Assembly (NCBI GenBank): GCA_964499905.1
Contig: CAZCPT010000001.1
Location: forward strand, 1-60,054
Length of the DNA stretch: 60,054 bases
Source of the DNA: an uncultured Candidatus Saccharibacteria bacterium
GTDB taxonomy: Bacteria; Patescibacteriota; Saccharimonadia; Saccharimonadales; Saccharimonadaceae
Reading direction: 5' to 3'
Each line of letters opens with the position of its first letter. Position 1 is the stretch's first letter. Positions 39,097 through 49,879 of the stretch are shown here, piece after piece. The notes under the pieces were generated by a model. The model worked only from the letters and a program-made list of their open reading frames with translations, did no database searches and was not told the origin of the DNA. Made by a program: the position numbers and the translations under genes.

Positions 39097-39140
39097 TATT
39101 AAACTACTTCAAAAGTACTTTAAGAAAGGGGGCGGTATGA

Positions 39141-39323
39141 TTGACTTGGACGTGTCAAAGATGCGGCAAGGTATTTCTTACCGAAATGGAGTATTTGAGA
39201 CATGTGCCGCAGTGCGGTGTTCCATACAAACTGTCTAAATGCTCTCATTGCGATGGCACAGGTGTAATCTGGTATGGTGCGAAATGCCCATATTGCAACG
39301 GCTCCGGTAAGAAATTACCCTAA
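39141..39323 (+). CDS. 60-aa double zinc-finger protein (C2HC-like plus DnaJ-type CxxCxGxG pair)
   Basis: CQRC...HVPQC, CSHCDGTG, CPYCNGSG; TTG start after AAAGGGGG; TTGATA-N17-TAAACT at 39077-39105. Confidence 0.75.
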   Translation: MTWTCQRCGKVFLTEMEYLRHVPQCGVPYKLSKCSHCDGTGVIWYGAKCPYCNGSGKKLP

Positions 39324-39330
39324 CCCACGC

Positions 39331-39358
39331 ATGGCAAGACTTAGTCTTGCCATTTTTT
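39331..39358 (+). terminator. Intrinsic terminator
   Basis: ATGGCAAGAC-TTA-GTCTTGCCAT perfect 10-bp stem, then T tract. Confidence 0.85.
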
Positions 39359-39385
39359 ATAGAGTATGGTAAAATGTAAAGAATC

Positions 39386-39595
39386 ATGGCAAAAAAGAAT
39401 AACACTAAGCGTAAACTCGTAGGCCTCGTTTCTGAGGAGTCTGGTGTTCGTGCTTACTATACCAAAAAGAATACGATGAATACTCCTGATAAGCTAAGCC
39501 TTAAGAAGTACGATCCAGTTCTAAGAAAGCACGTTGTCTTTACTGAAACCAAGAAAAACCTCGGTCGTAACGAAGTCAAGGAAAAGAAACGCTAA
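39386..39595 (+). CDS. rpmG: 50S ribosomal protein L33 (Cys-free form, C-terminal extension)
   Basis: YYTKKN...PDKL.LKKYDP.LRKHV.F.E. Confidence 0.93.
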   Translation: MAKKNNTKRKLVGLVSEESGVRAYYTKKNTMNTPDKLSLKKYDPVLRKHVVFTETKKNLGRNEVKEKKR

Positions 39596-39603
39596 TTAGC
39601 TTT

Positions 39604-39632
39604 AAAAATACCCCTCATGCGAGGGGATTTTT
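39604..39632. terminator. Bidirectional terminator between rpmG and the GH57 gene
   Basis: AAAAAT-A-CCCCTC-ATGC-GAGGGG-ATTTTT. Confidence 0.8.
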
Positions 39633-39655
39633 GATGCATATATATTATATATATA

Positions 39656-40861
39656 TTAATATCCGAGGATATTCCCGATACGGAATTCAATATCACGAAG
39701 AACATTCATGTAATACATGAAGCTTTCATATGGTGAAGCGTAAGCTGAGAAGTAGGCATGGACGTCGCCATCATTCCAATATTTGGTACACATTGAATAT
39801 GGGTGATCAGATGTAGTCATATAGCGCCAGTCAGCAATGAGCTGCCCATCGTGAGTTGATAGTACTTGGTCGCGCAGGCCAAAGATTTGGTTCATAGCGG
39901 CAGCTTGCATAGAGTTAGACAGCCAGGCGGAAAGGTCTCTTTCGGTATCAGCCCAAGTAATAGTCTCTGGCATGGAAATTTCATCAACTGGCTCTTCAAG
40001 GTCACAAGCCTCTGACACTGTAACAAACTTATTTTCGTATTGGCCGAGCCATGACGAAATAAAGGTATCCATAAAATCAAAGATGCCGGTGTCCTTCCAT
40101 TGGTGCTCACCAAAGGTCTCAAAGTCCATGAAGAGATTAATGAGATTACCACGAAGACAGTCGTCATTTACCCATTGTTGGTACTTTGGCACTGTGAGTG
40201 GCCATTCTGCCCAAGCGCGGTTTGAAAAACGGAAAGCGATATCATCGGAAAGACGGTAGTTCTTTAGTAATAAGCGAAGCTTTTCGCAGCCAGCTGGACG
40301 ATAGACGTGGTTAGAGCTACGCCAACCGAGAATCTTATCCCAACCTTCGGCTAAGATACCTTTGTAACCCTTTTCTTCGGCCCAATGGGCGAGGGAATCA
40401 TTATAGGCAAACTCAGTATTTCTAAATACTTTTGGACGAACACCAAAGAGGCGTTCAATCGTTTCGGCGTGCATTGTTACTTGATCGTTAAATTCATCTA
40501 GATTATAGAAATAAGCCAGTGAGTGATAATATGTTTCGCCCACGATTTCAGCTTGACCACGATTCACCATTTCGCGAATGATATTGATTAAATCTGGGGC
40601 CCATTTTTCGGCTTGCTCAAGCCAAGTGCCAGTGATTGAGAAAGACACTTTGAAATCTGGGTGTTTTTCCATATTGCGGAATAATAAATTCAGCATTGGA
40701 TAGTAGCTTTTATCGGCCACTTTACGGAAAATACGCTCATTGGATTGGCGGCCGCTGTAATTGTCGTAATAATAGTTGGAATTGTTGCCAACATCAAAAA
40801 TCGAGTACTCGCGGTAGCGGATTGGCTGGTGAATGTGTAGGTATAAACAAACTGCTCGCAC
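39656..40861 (-). CDS. Glycoside hydrolase family 57 (alpha-amylase-like)
   Basis: HIHQP, ETYYHSL, FRNTE (nucleophile), LSDDIAFRF, MDFETFGEH, TSDH. Confidence 0.92.
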   Translation of the reverse strand: MRAVCLYLHIHQPIRYREYSIFDVGNNSNYYYDNYSGRQSNERIFRKVADKSYYPMLNLLFRNMEKHPDFKVSFSITGTWLEQAEKWAPDLINIIREMVNRGQAEIVGETYYHSLAYFYNLDEFNDQVTMHAETIERLFGVRPKVFRNTEFAYNDSLAHWAEEKGYKGILAEGWDKILGWRSSNHVYRPAGCEKLRLLLKNYRLSDDIAFRFSNRAWAEWPLTVPKYQQWVNDDCLRGNLINLFMDFETFGEHQWKDTGIFDFMDTFISSWLGQYENKFVTVSEACDLEEPVDEISMPETITWADTERDLSAWLSNSMQAAAMNQIFGLRDQVLSTHDGQLIADWRYMTTSDHPYSMCTKYWNDGDVHAYFSAYASPYESFMYYMNVLRDIEFRIGNILGY

Positions 40862-40862
40862 C

Positions 40863-42092
40863 CTATTTCCTCTTATGTTTTATTGTATTATTGTAAACCT
40901 TGATGCACTTTTTTGCAACATCATTCCACGAAATTTTGTCGTATTCATGCATTACATTTTGCTGTAATGATTCTTTCAGGGCACTGTTTTTAGAAATCGC
41001 CACGATTTCATCAGCAAGCTTTCTTTCATCCCAGAAATCATAGGTCATAGCAGACCAAATTACTTCAGCAACGCCGGACTGTTTGGTGAGGATTAGTGCG
41101 TCGCCATGGTGTGCAGCCTCAAGTGCAGTAAGACCAAATGGTTCCGAGATTGAGCTCATTACAAAAATATCGGAAATTGCGTATACATCGCGAAGTCTTT
41201 TACCGCGGATAAATCCGGTGAAAATCACATTCTTTGAAATACCTAGATTTGCGGCTAGCTCAATCAGTTCGTTTCTTTCTTCACCGTCACCAGCAAAGAC
41301 AAAGATGAGATTTGGATTCTTCGACACGGCGAGAGCAGCTGCTTCTATTAAATTATGTAAGCCTTTTTGTACTGTGAAGCGGCCAACAGTAGAAACAATC
41401 GTGCAACCTTTTTCTTTCTGCTTTAATAAGAATTTATAAGTCCGTTCTTGGAATTCATAATCAGAATTTTTGTAGTTTTCGTCGAGAGAATTATAAACCA
41501 CATCAATTTTGTTTAATGGGATGTTATATTTTTGATGAACAATTCTTTTAGTGGCTTCAGAAACAGCAATGATTTTATCGGCCATCATTAAGCCTTCATA
41601 TTCAATTTCGTGAATGATTGGATTCCCTGAATGCATACCGGCACGATCAAATTCAGTTGCATGTACATGTGCAATCATTGGAATATCATAGTTCTTTTTG
41701 GCAAGCAAACCGGCTTCATAGGTCAGCCAGTCGTGCGCATGGACAAGTTCTGGTTTGTACTCCATTAGGTATTTATCAACAAATTCACAATATGATTTTT
41801 GAACATCACGAATAGACAAAAGATCGTTCGGATTCTTGCCGTTCGGAATAATTTTATCAAGTAGCTTAAGCGATTCATAAGCACCACCACCATAACGATA
41901 GATTGGATCTAGGTGTGTAGCAGATAATACTTTCATAAACTTAATATCAGGATGTTCAGCTTCGTAAGGGACTACAAAATCAATATCGACGCCATGACGA
42001 GCAAGAGCTCTCGCCATGTTCAAACAAGCGACGCCGAGGCCTCCACTATTGTGGGGCGGAAGTTCCCAACCTAACATAAGTATTTTCATCAT
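40863..42092 (-). CDS. GT4 glycosyltransferase (glycogen/alpha-glucan synthesis type); start moved to MMKILM
   Basis: GWELPPHNSGGLG, HAHDWLT, HVHATE, EPFGLTALEA; coupled to the GH57 gene. Confidence 0.92.
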   Translation of the reverse strand: MMKILMLGWELPPHNSGGLGVACLNMARALARHGVDIDFVVPYEAEHPDIKFMKVLSATHLDPIYRYGGGAYESLKLLDKIIPNGKNPNDLLSIRDVQKSYCEFVDKYLMEYKPELVHAHDWLTYEAGLLAKKNYDIPMIAHVHATEFDRAGMHSGNPIIHEIEYEGLMMADKIIAVSEATKRIVHQKYNIPLNKIDVVYNSLDENYKNSDYEFQERTYKFLLKQKEKGCTIVSTVGRFTVQKGLHNLIEAAALAVSKNPNLIFVFAGDGEERNELIELAANLGISKNVIFTGFIRGKRLRDVYAISDIFVMSSISEPFGLTALEAAHHGDALILTKQSGVAEVIWSAMTYDFWDERKLADEIVAISKNSALKESLQQNVMHEYDKISWNDVAKKCIKVYNNTIKHKRK

Positions 42093-42181
42093 ATTTAATT
42101 TTAACACAATTTAAAATAATTGTGCTAATTTTTTCACAAAAAAATCACAAAAATGTGATAAAATATTACATATACATTTAC

Positions 42182-42257
42182 AGGGGTGTAGCTCAGTTGG
42201 TAGAGCACTGGTCTCCAAAACCAGGTGTCGCGAGTTCGAGTCTTGCCGCCCCTGCCA
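42182..42257 (+). tRNA. tRNA-Trp(CCA)
   Basis: 76-nt cloverleaf, CTGGT-CT-CCA-AA-ACCAG anticodon arm, GCCA end. Confidence 0.97.
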
Positions 42258-42273
42258 TTTTTTATTGCGGTAA

Positions 42274-43899
<1,626 letters not shown>

Positions 43900-43977
43900 C
43901 TATTATGACTTTAAAACTATTTTTTTATTATATCATATCGATTCTTAAGTACAGTTTTTATTTGATATAATATAGAT

Positions 43978-45021
43978 ATGGAAGAAAGCGCTCCTCCTAA
44001 GATTCATAAATCACGACATAGATGGGGCCTAATTATGCTTTCAATTGTCTTTTTCTTATATGGCATTTTTGTAATTGGTTGTTTTGCGGAAGCAAAAGTA
44101 TTAAATGATGGGCTAAAAGTTAAGCCCGATAATATTGCAAAAAGTTTTTGTGAAACTTCCGACGAAGAAGCGCCCCTCATTGAAATAATTGGTTCTCCAA
44201 CCATCAATGTGCGGGTCGATAGTGAATATAAGGATGAAGGCGCTACAGCTACTGATAGTTGCGATAATGTGGAGGTGGTTGCCGCAAACATGGTTGATAC
44301 TTCTAAAGTTGGCTCGTATAAAGTCACATATCTATCTGTCGATAATAATCAAAACAAGTCCGAGAAAACGCGCACTGTGAATGTGATTCCAAAATACCAT
44401 GGTACTATTTATTTAACTTTTGACGATGGCCCTGGCAATTATACAAATCAGCTTTTAGACATTCTGAAAAAATATGATGTTAAGGCCACATTTTTTGTGA
44501 CTGGTTATGGTGATGATGAAGTCATAAAACGTGAATATGACGAAGGGCACGCGATTGGGCTTCATTCTACAACTCATGATTATGCATATATTTATCAAAA
44601 CATGGATAACTTTTTTAGGGATCTTGAGGGTGTTAGAAACCGTGTTTATAGAATTACTGGTTATACATCAAATTTAATTCGTTTTCCGGGTGGGAGTTCA
44701 AATACTGTTAGTAGAAGATACGATGGCGGGCAGAGAATCATGACTAAGCTTGCTTACGAGGTTGAAAGACGTGGTTATAAATATTTTGATTGGAATATTT
44801 CTTCTGGTGATGCCGGCGAAGTGAATACTTCGGGCGCCGTGTATTCAAGAGTTGTTTATTCTTTAAAGGAATACGGCGATTCTGTAGTTTTGCAACATGA
44901 TGTAAAAAATTTCTCGGTTAATGCTGTAGAGGAAATCATTAAGTTTGGTCTTAATAATGGTTATGAGTTTAAAAAATTAGACGAGACTTCGCCAACAGCA
45001 CATCACAGAATTAATAATTAG
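43978..45021 (+). CDS. Polysaccharide/peptidoglycan deacetylase (CE4) with Ig-like domain and N-terminal TM
   Basis: YLTFDDGP, H(S)TTH, RFPGG, VVLQHD; EYKDEGATA...GSYKVTY Ig-like domain. Confidence 0.9.
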   Translation: MEESAPPKIHKSRHRWGLIMLSIVFFLYGIFVIGCFAEAKVLNDGLKVKPDNIAKSFCETSDEEAPLIEIIGSPTINVRVDSEYKDEGATATDSCDNVEVVAANMVDTSKVGSYKVTYLSVDNNQNKSEKTRTVNVIPKYHGTIYLTFDDGPGNYTNQLLDILKKYDVKATFFVTGYGDDEVIKREYDEGHAIGLHSTTHDYAYIYQNMDNFFRDLEGVRNRVYRITGYTSNLIRFPGGSSNTVSRRYDGGQRIMTKLAYEVERRGYKYFDWNISSGDAGEVNTSGAVYSRVVYSLKEYGDSVVLQHDVKNFSVNAVEEIIKFGLNNGYEFKKLDETSPTAHHRINN

Positions 45022-45036
45022 TGTATAATTTGAATT

Positions 45037-45954
45037 ATGGATATAGATTTTAAAACTGTTGAAAAAGCAAGAACAACTTACCACGAAAAGCTTGTACATC
45101 ACTGGACGATACTTTGTATAATTGGCGTAATCATAGCGCTTCTATCAATTCCACTCGCTTCATTTGCGACCTTTTTTATTGCTTTCTTTGTATTTACGTT
45201 TGGCGCCGTAATTATTGCCTTTACAACTAAAAAAGAGGCCGAAGCTTATCGCAGCGCTTATAAATCCTATTTTATTGAAAGGAATCTCGCTAGTATTTTT
45301 ACCGGTTTAAAGTATCAGCACAATGTTGGCTTGAACCGTGATTTGTTAAGGGCTAGCGGCATGATTTATACAGGTGATGTCTATGCCTCAAATGACCTTG
45401 CCCAAGCTAATTACAAGGGCGTTAATTTTGTACAGGCAGATGCACATATCCAAACCGAGCATACCGATTCCGATGGTAATACTACCTATGTAACAATTTT
45501 TAGAGGCCGCTTTATGATGTTTGAATTTCCGAAGAAATTTAGTTTTAAACTAGAGCTTATTGGTAAAAAATTCGGTAGCTCAGCAAGAGTGCCTGGCAAA
45601 AACCAAACAACTGGTCGCAAGATGGATAAGTTGAAGACTGAATCCGGTGAGTTTAATAACACTTTCAAGATTTATGCCGAGGATGGTTTTGAAGCATTCT
45701 ATTTGCTTGACCCGGCGTTCATGGAGAAGATGATGAAGATCAGTGATACCTATAAAAACAAGGTGCTATTTGGCTTTTTGAACAACACACTGCTTATCGG
45801 TCTAAATAATGGTAAGGACTCGTTTGAGCCACCAAGATCCTCTAAACCAATTGATGAGAAAGCGGAAACTGAGAAAGTATCTGCTGAAATTCGTGTAATT
45901 ACCGACTTTGTTGACATGCTGAGCCTCGATAGAAAACTATTTGTCAACAACTAA
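45037..45954 (+). CDS. DUF3137-like membrane protein
   Basis: Two N-terminal TMs; TIFRG, ESGEFN..F.IY, AFYLL.P.FME motifs. Confidence 0.75.
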   Translation: MDIDFKTVEKARTTYHEKLVHHWTILCIIGVIIALLSIPLASFATFFIAFFVFTFGAVIIAFTTKKEAEAYRSAYKSYFIERNLASIFTGLKYQHNVGLNRDLLRASGMIYTGDVYASNDLAQANYKGVNFVQADAHIQTEHTDSDGNTTYVTIFRGRFMMFEFPKKFSFKLELIGKKFGSSARVPGKNQTTGRKMDKLKTESGEFNNTFKIYAEDGFEAFYLLDPAFMEKMMKISDTYKNKVLFGFLNNTLLIGLNNGKDSFEPPRSSKPIDEKAETEKVSAEIRVITDFVDMLSLDRKLFVNN

Positions 45955-45995
45955 TTTTGCATTTAGATATAATCTTGTGCTACAATAAAGTTATT

Positions 45996-46493
45996 ATGGA
46001 AGGTAAAAAATCTAAATCACGCGCGCTTCTGGTTTTCGGTGCACCCTGTAGCGGCAAAACTACTTTTGCGATGAAATTCGCAAATAAATACAATTTGGCA
46101 TATTACGATCTAGATGATATCGCCAAAAAGCACAACTTTTCTCGTGAAACTATCATTACTGTACTTGAGTTAGTCGCTAATACCCGTCAAACGGTAATTA
46201 TCGAAGGTGGATTAGATACTGAAAAATACCGCCAAGAGATTAAGCATGTATTTATGATGGCCGGTTATGAAGTTAGCTTAATCTGGATTCAAACCGATAT
46301 TACCACTATCAGAAACCGTATGAAGACTCGCTATAAGTCCGTTACTAAAGCAAAAAATGCTTATAACGAAGCCATTGAAAAGCTCGAGGCTCCTTCCGTC
46401 TTAGAGCGCCCGATTATCCTTTCGGGTAAGCATACTTTTGAAACTCAAACCAAACACGCTATTGCCGGTTTAGCTGATGCCAATCTTAAATGA
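45996..46493 (+). CDS. P-loop nucleotide-kinase-like protein (AAA_33 type); start moved to MEGKK
   Basis: GAPCSGKT, VIIEG, LEAP. Confidence 0.75.
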   Translation: MEGKKSKSRALLVFGAPCSGKTTFAMKFANKYNLAYYDLDDIAKKHNFSRETIITVLELVANTRQTVIIEGGLDTEKYRQEIKHVFMMAGYEVSLIWIQTDITTIRNRMKTRYKSVTKAKNAYNEAIEKLEAPSVLERPIILSGKHTFETQTKHAIAGLADANLK

Positions 46494-47025
46494 TCCTGAA
46501 TTCGGTGAAGTCAAAGTAAACCGAAACGCCTTGTCTCGTTCGGTTCGTTTTTCGATTTCTACCGACGGTAGATTGCAGATGAGTGTACCAAAATACACTT
46601 CGGATTTTTTAGCTAAAAGATTTTTAAACTCTAATCGTGAGGTTATTCGCAAAAAACTTCCAGTAAAAGACCCAAACGAACAGCGGGCTAGAGATTATCA
46701 AGTTAAGATATTAAAGAAAAAGGCTAAGGAGTATTTGCCTTATCGCCTGGATTATTATGCTAAACTCTATGGATATTCCTATAGCAAATGTCGTATCTCT
46801 CATGCTAATACTAGGTGGGGAAGTTGCTCACCAGACCGCGTGATTTCACTTAATCCTGGTTTGATGAAAGTACCCGAACCCCTACGTGATTATGTGATAC
46901 TTCACGAACTTGCGCATCTTAATCATATGGACCATTCAAAAGCTTTTTGGGCCGAAGTTGCCTCGCATGACAAAAATTATAAAAGCCACGAAAAAAAGCT
47001 AAAAATGTTTAGCCCTGGCGTTTAA
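46477..47025 (+). CDS. YgjP/DUF45-like metallopeptidase-family protein
   Basis: RWGSC, DYVILHELAH, HSKAFW. Confidence 0.88.
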   Translation: MPILNDPEFGEVKVNRNALSRSVRFSISTDGRLQMSVPKYTSDFLAKRFLNSNREVIRKKLPVKDPNEQRARDYQVKILKKKAKEYLPYRLDYYAKLYGYSYSKCRISHANTRWGSCSPDRVISLNPGLMKVPEPLRDYVILHELAHLNHMDHSKAFWAEVASHDKNYKSHEKKLKMFSPGV

Positions 47026-47358
47026 CTATTTAATCGTCACAGTTGTACCGAACCCAACGCGAGATTTTACTTCTATATGGTCGGTGGTTAGCAAATCGCA
47101 GGTGGTTTTTGAGAGAATCGTACCATTATCTGTCACAACTATTTTTCCCGGGCGCACGGTAATCACGATGCGGCCTTTATTTTTTGTCCGATTGACGGCG
47201 GATTTAACAGCTTTGTCTAAATCTCTTTCAATACGCTCTCTTTCACGAATGGTTAAAGTAGTATCCGGAAAATCTACATCTAAAGTAATACCAATTCTTT
47301 TTACAATTGGTAAATATTTTAAATAGATTTTATTGATGATTTCGGACAGACGTTCCAT
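47026..47358 (-). CDS. Stand-alone degenerate GHKL/HATPase_c-like domain, about 110 aa (start moved to MERL)
   Basis: IVVTDNG and IEVKSRVGFGTTVTI match G1 and terminal boxes; N-box Asn and ATP lid not evident; TGCTATAAT 7 nt before ATG. Confidence 0.6.
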   Translation of the reverse strand: MERLSEIINKIYLKYLPIVKRIGITLDVDFPDTTLTIRERERIERDLDKAVKSAVNRTKNKGRIVITVRPGKIVVTDNGTILSKTTCDLLTTDHIEVKSRVGFGTTVTIK

Positions 47359-47416
47359 TAATGGAATTATAGCACGATTTTTAATACTTATGCTATAATG
47401 GTTTAAAAGGAGGTCT

Positions 47417-47908
47417 GTGGAGTTAAGGCGTTCATTTGACATAAAGAAATGTTTCTTATGCCTATATTTTATGGCTCTTTTGTTATATATAATCGTTGGA
47501 TTTATGCCAGCTGGCGCAACCGACTATAAAATTTCTGCGAATATTCGCATCCCGTCTATCAACTTATCTTCGGATGTAACCGAGCTCCAACGTGATGGTC
47601 GCAAATTACACACTCCGGAAACTATCGTGGGTAGTTATACCGAAGCAGAGAATAAAATTCTCTTAATCGGCCATTCCGTAACCGTTTTTGAGAACCTTGA
47701 TCAATTAGTAATTGGCGATGAAATATGGTACGATGGGCGTGAATACAGAATTGAGGATATTACAGTACCAAAAAAAGAACAAATTAATATGAATAAGGTT
47801 CTAAAATCAGAAGAAACAGATACTCTAGTATTAATGACCTGCGCCGGTGAAGATTTAGGAGCCGGCGACGCCACTCATCGACTTATTTTGACTGCGAAAG
47901 CCGTATAG
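47417..47908 (+). CDS. Sortase (class F/D-like)
   Basis: IRIPSINL, LIGHS, LVLMTC, RLILTA; SD AAAGGAGG, GTG start. Confidence 0.85.
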   Translation: MELRRSFDIKKCFLCLYFMALLLYIIVGFMPAGATDYKISANIRIPSINLSSDVTELQRDGRKLHTPETIVGSYTEAENKILLIGHSVTVFENLDQLVIGDEIWYDGREYRIEDITVPKKEQINMNKVLKSEETDTLVLMTCAGEDLGAGDATHRLILTAKAV

Positions 47909-49844
47909 CAAAACCACCACCAGGAGCCATGTAAATGTCAATCGATTCGTTTTTACTGACGTTTCTTGTGCTGATGTTGTGTCCAAACTGGTTGTCGCGA
48001 TAATGAGCATCATCTGAATCACAATAGATTTCTGCAAAATAGGCGCCGTCATCTAGAAAATTTAGACTAATATTTACGCGTCTCGCGGTTTCATCTGTTA
48101 CGCCACCGATATACCAATCACCATTTTTGGCTTTTCTGGCTACTACATAATACTCACCCACCTCACCGGCGAGTGGTACGGTTTTTTCAAAATCGGTTGG
48201 CACGTCGCGAATAAATTTAATTAAGTCCGGGAAACGTTCTTCATAAATATATGGACGATCTGCCGCCATTGCCATACCTGAATAAATAGTAACAAAATAG
48301 GCAATCTGGCGAGTGAGCGTAGTAGACATACGTTTTACGCTATTTGCAAGATCCAGAATACCGTTCGTATAATCCATACCGCCAGAAAGAAGCCTGGTAT
48401 ATGGCAAATAGCAGGCGTGTGATGGCGAAATTGCACCGCCTTCGTATTCTTGACCGCGTGCACCCTCGCGTGAAAGTAGGTTTGGCCAAGTTCTTTCAAT
48501 ACCGGTACCTTTAATTGGTTCGTGAATATCAAGACAGATGTGTTTTTTGGCAGCTAACTCGACGGTCTTTTGATAGTGGTTTACACCAACTTGCGAGTGA
48601 TGATATTCGCGGCGACCATGAATCAAAATTTGGCTCCCTGCATAACCAGTCTTAATATAATGTACGCCGTTTGCCGCGTAAAAATTATAAGCTTCTTCTA
48701 ATTGTTTTTCGTAATTATCAACAAAGCCAACTGTTTCGTGGTGGCCAACAATTTCAATGCCTTTTGCTCTTGCATAACGTGCGACTTCCGGTAGATCAAA
48801 GTCTGGAGTAGATTTAGTAAAGCTATTATTGACGCCATTTTCAAGCCAATCGCCTTCCCAGCCATCATTCCAACCCTCGATCAATAGACCACTCACACCA
48901 AGCCTTAAAGCTGCTTCTATGTATTCTTTCGCATGTGCCGTTGTAGCACCGTGACGTTCACCCGGCGCCCAGGTCCATTCGCCTACATACATTGCCCACC
49001 AGATGCCAATGAATTTCAAGGTTTTTACCCAACTGAAATCTTGCTTCGGCGGATTATTCAAACAATACATGACACGATTGGTGGTAAGCTCAATAGCAGA
49101 GTCTGCGATCATAATTAAACGCCATGGTGTTTCAAAAGGCAGGGAAAGGTGAGCTTTGGTGCCGTCTGATAAAGGCGTAATATCGGTCGTTAATTTTTTG
49201 TTTTCATCTAGTTTAATTGTCATTGAACCGTAGTTATAAAGCGCTGCTTCATGGATTGAAACATAGTAGCCGTTTGGCGTCTTCATAGTAAGTGGCGTAT
49301 GCACGGAGTGAGATAAATCATAAACCGATGTTTTCTCATAATTATATTCGTATCGATCTGGCTGATAGGCCGGAATTTTCCATACGGTGGTGTTTAAATC
49401 AAAATTAAATTCCGTGAGTTCATCGGCGATAGATATTTGCTGAAATTTTGGCTGAGGTGGGATTTCATACCTAAATGCCACAGCATTATCAAACACACGA
49501 AATCTCATAGTGAATAAACGTTTTGGCTCTTTGTTTTCGCTTAAATAAATTGCGGTTTCACGATAACGGTTTTTGATAATTTTGTCTTCGCCCCACGGCA
49601 TTTCAAACTCTTCATCGTGGTTTCTGCTTACTAAACGAATAGCTTTTAGATTTTTCCCAAGTGCTGGCTCACCACAGATGTTAAATCCAAGTTCAGAAAT
49701 CCCAACTAGCGGTCTATTGTCCCGTTCAACCTTATAAAAAACCTGGCCACCCTTAATAATTATGGTGCACTTGTTTCTGCCATTTGGGGATTCAATCGTT
49801 TTTTCTGTATCTCCGCCACCGAACCAGCTTGCCCACTTAAACAT
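47883..49844 (-). CDS. Glycoside hydrolase family 97 (SusB-like alpha-glucosidase)
   Basis: AFRYE, IHEAAL, TPWR, GIWW.M, IEGWN.GW, HHET, EGARGQE, MDYT.G. Confidence 0.92.
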   Translation of the reverse strand: MFKWASWFGGGDTEKTIESPNGRNKCTIIIKGGQVFYKVERDNRPLVGISELGFNICGEPALGKNLKAIRLVSRNHDEEFEMPWGEDKIIKNRYRETAIYLSENKEPKRLFTMRFRVFDNAVAFRYEIPPQPKFQQISIADELTEFNFDLNTTVWKIPAYQPDRYEYNYEKTSVYDLSHSVHTPLTMKTPNGYYVSIHEAALYNYGSMTIKLDENKKLTTDITPLSDGTKAHLSLPFETPWRLIMIADSAIELTTNRVMYCLNNPPKQDFSWVKTLKFIGIWWAMYVGEWTWAPGERHGATTAHAKEYIEAALRLGVSGLLIEGWNDGWEGDWLENGVNNSFTKSTPDFDLPEVARYARAKGIEIVGHHETVGFVDNYEKQLEEAYNFYAANGVHYIKTGYAGSQILIHGRREYHHSQVGVNHYQKTVELAAKKHICLDIHEPIKGTGIERTWPNLLSREGARGQEYEGGAISPSHACYLPYTRLLSGGMDYTNGILDLANSVKRMSTTLTRQIAYFVTIYSGMAMAADRPYIYEERFPDLIKFIRDVPTDFEKTVPLAGEVGEYYVVARKAKNGDWYIGGVTDETARRVNISLNFLDDGAYFAEIYCDSDDAHYRDNQFGHNISTRNVSKNESIDIYMAPGGGFAIRLSQSK

Positions 49845-49879
49845 ACTAATAATTATATCATATGTGCTATAATTAAAAC

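Noticed and set aside
39638-39656. AT dinucleotide run as a phase-variation tract
   Set aside because: Interrupted, and lies between convergent gene ends where length change would have no obvious effect
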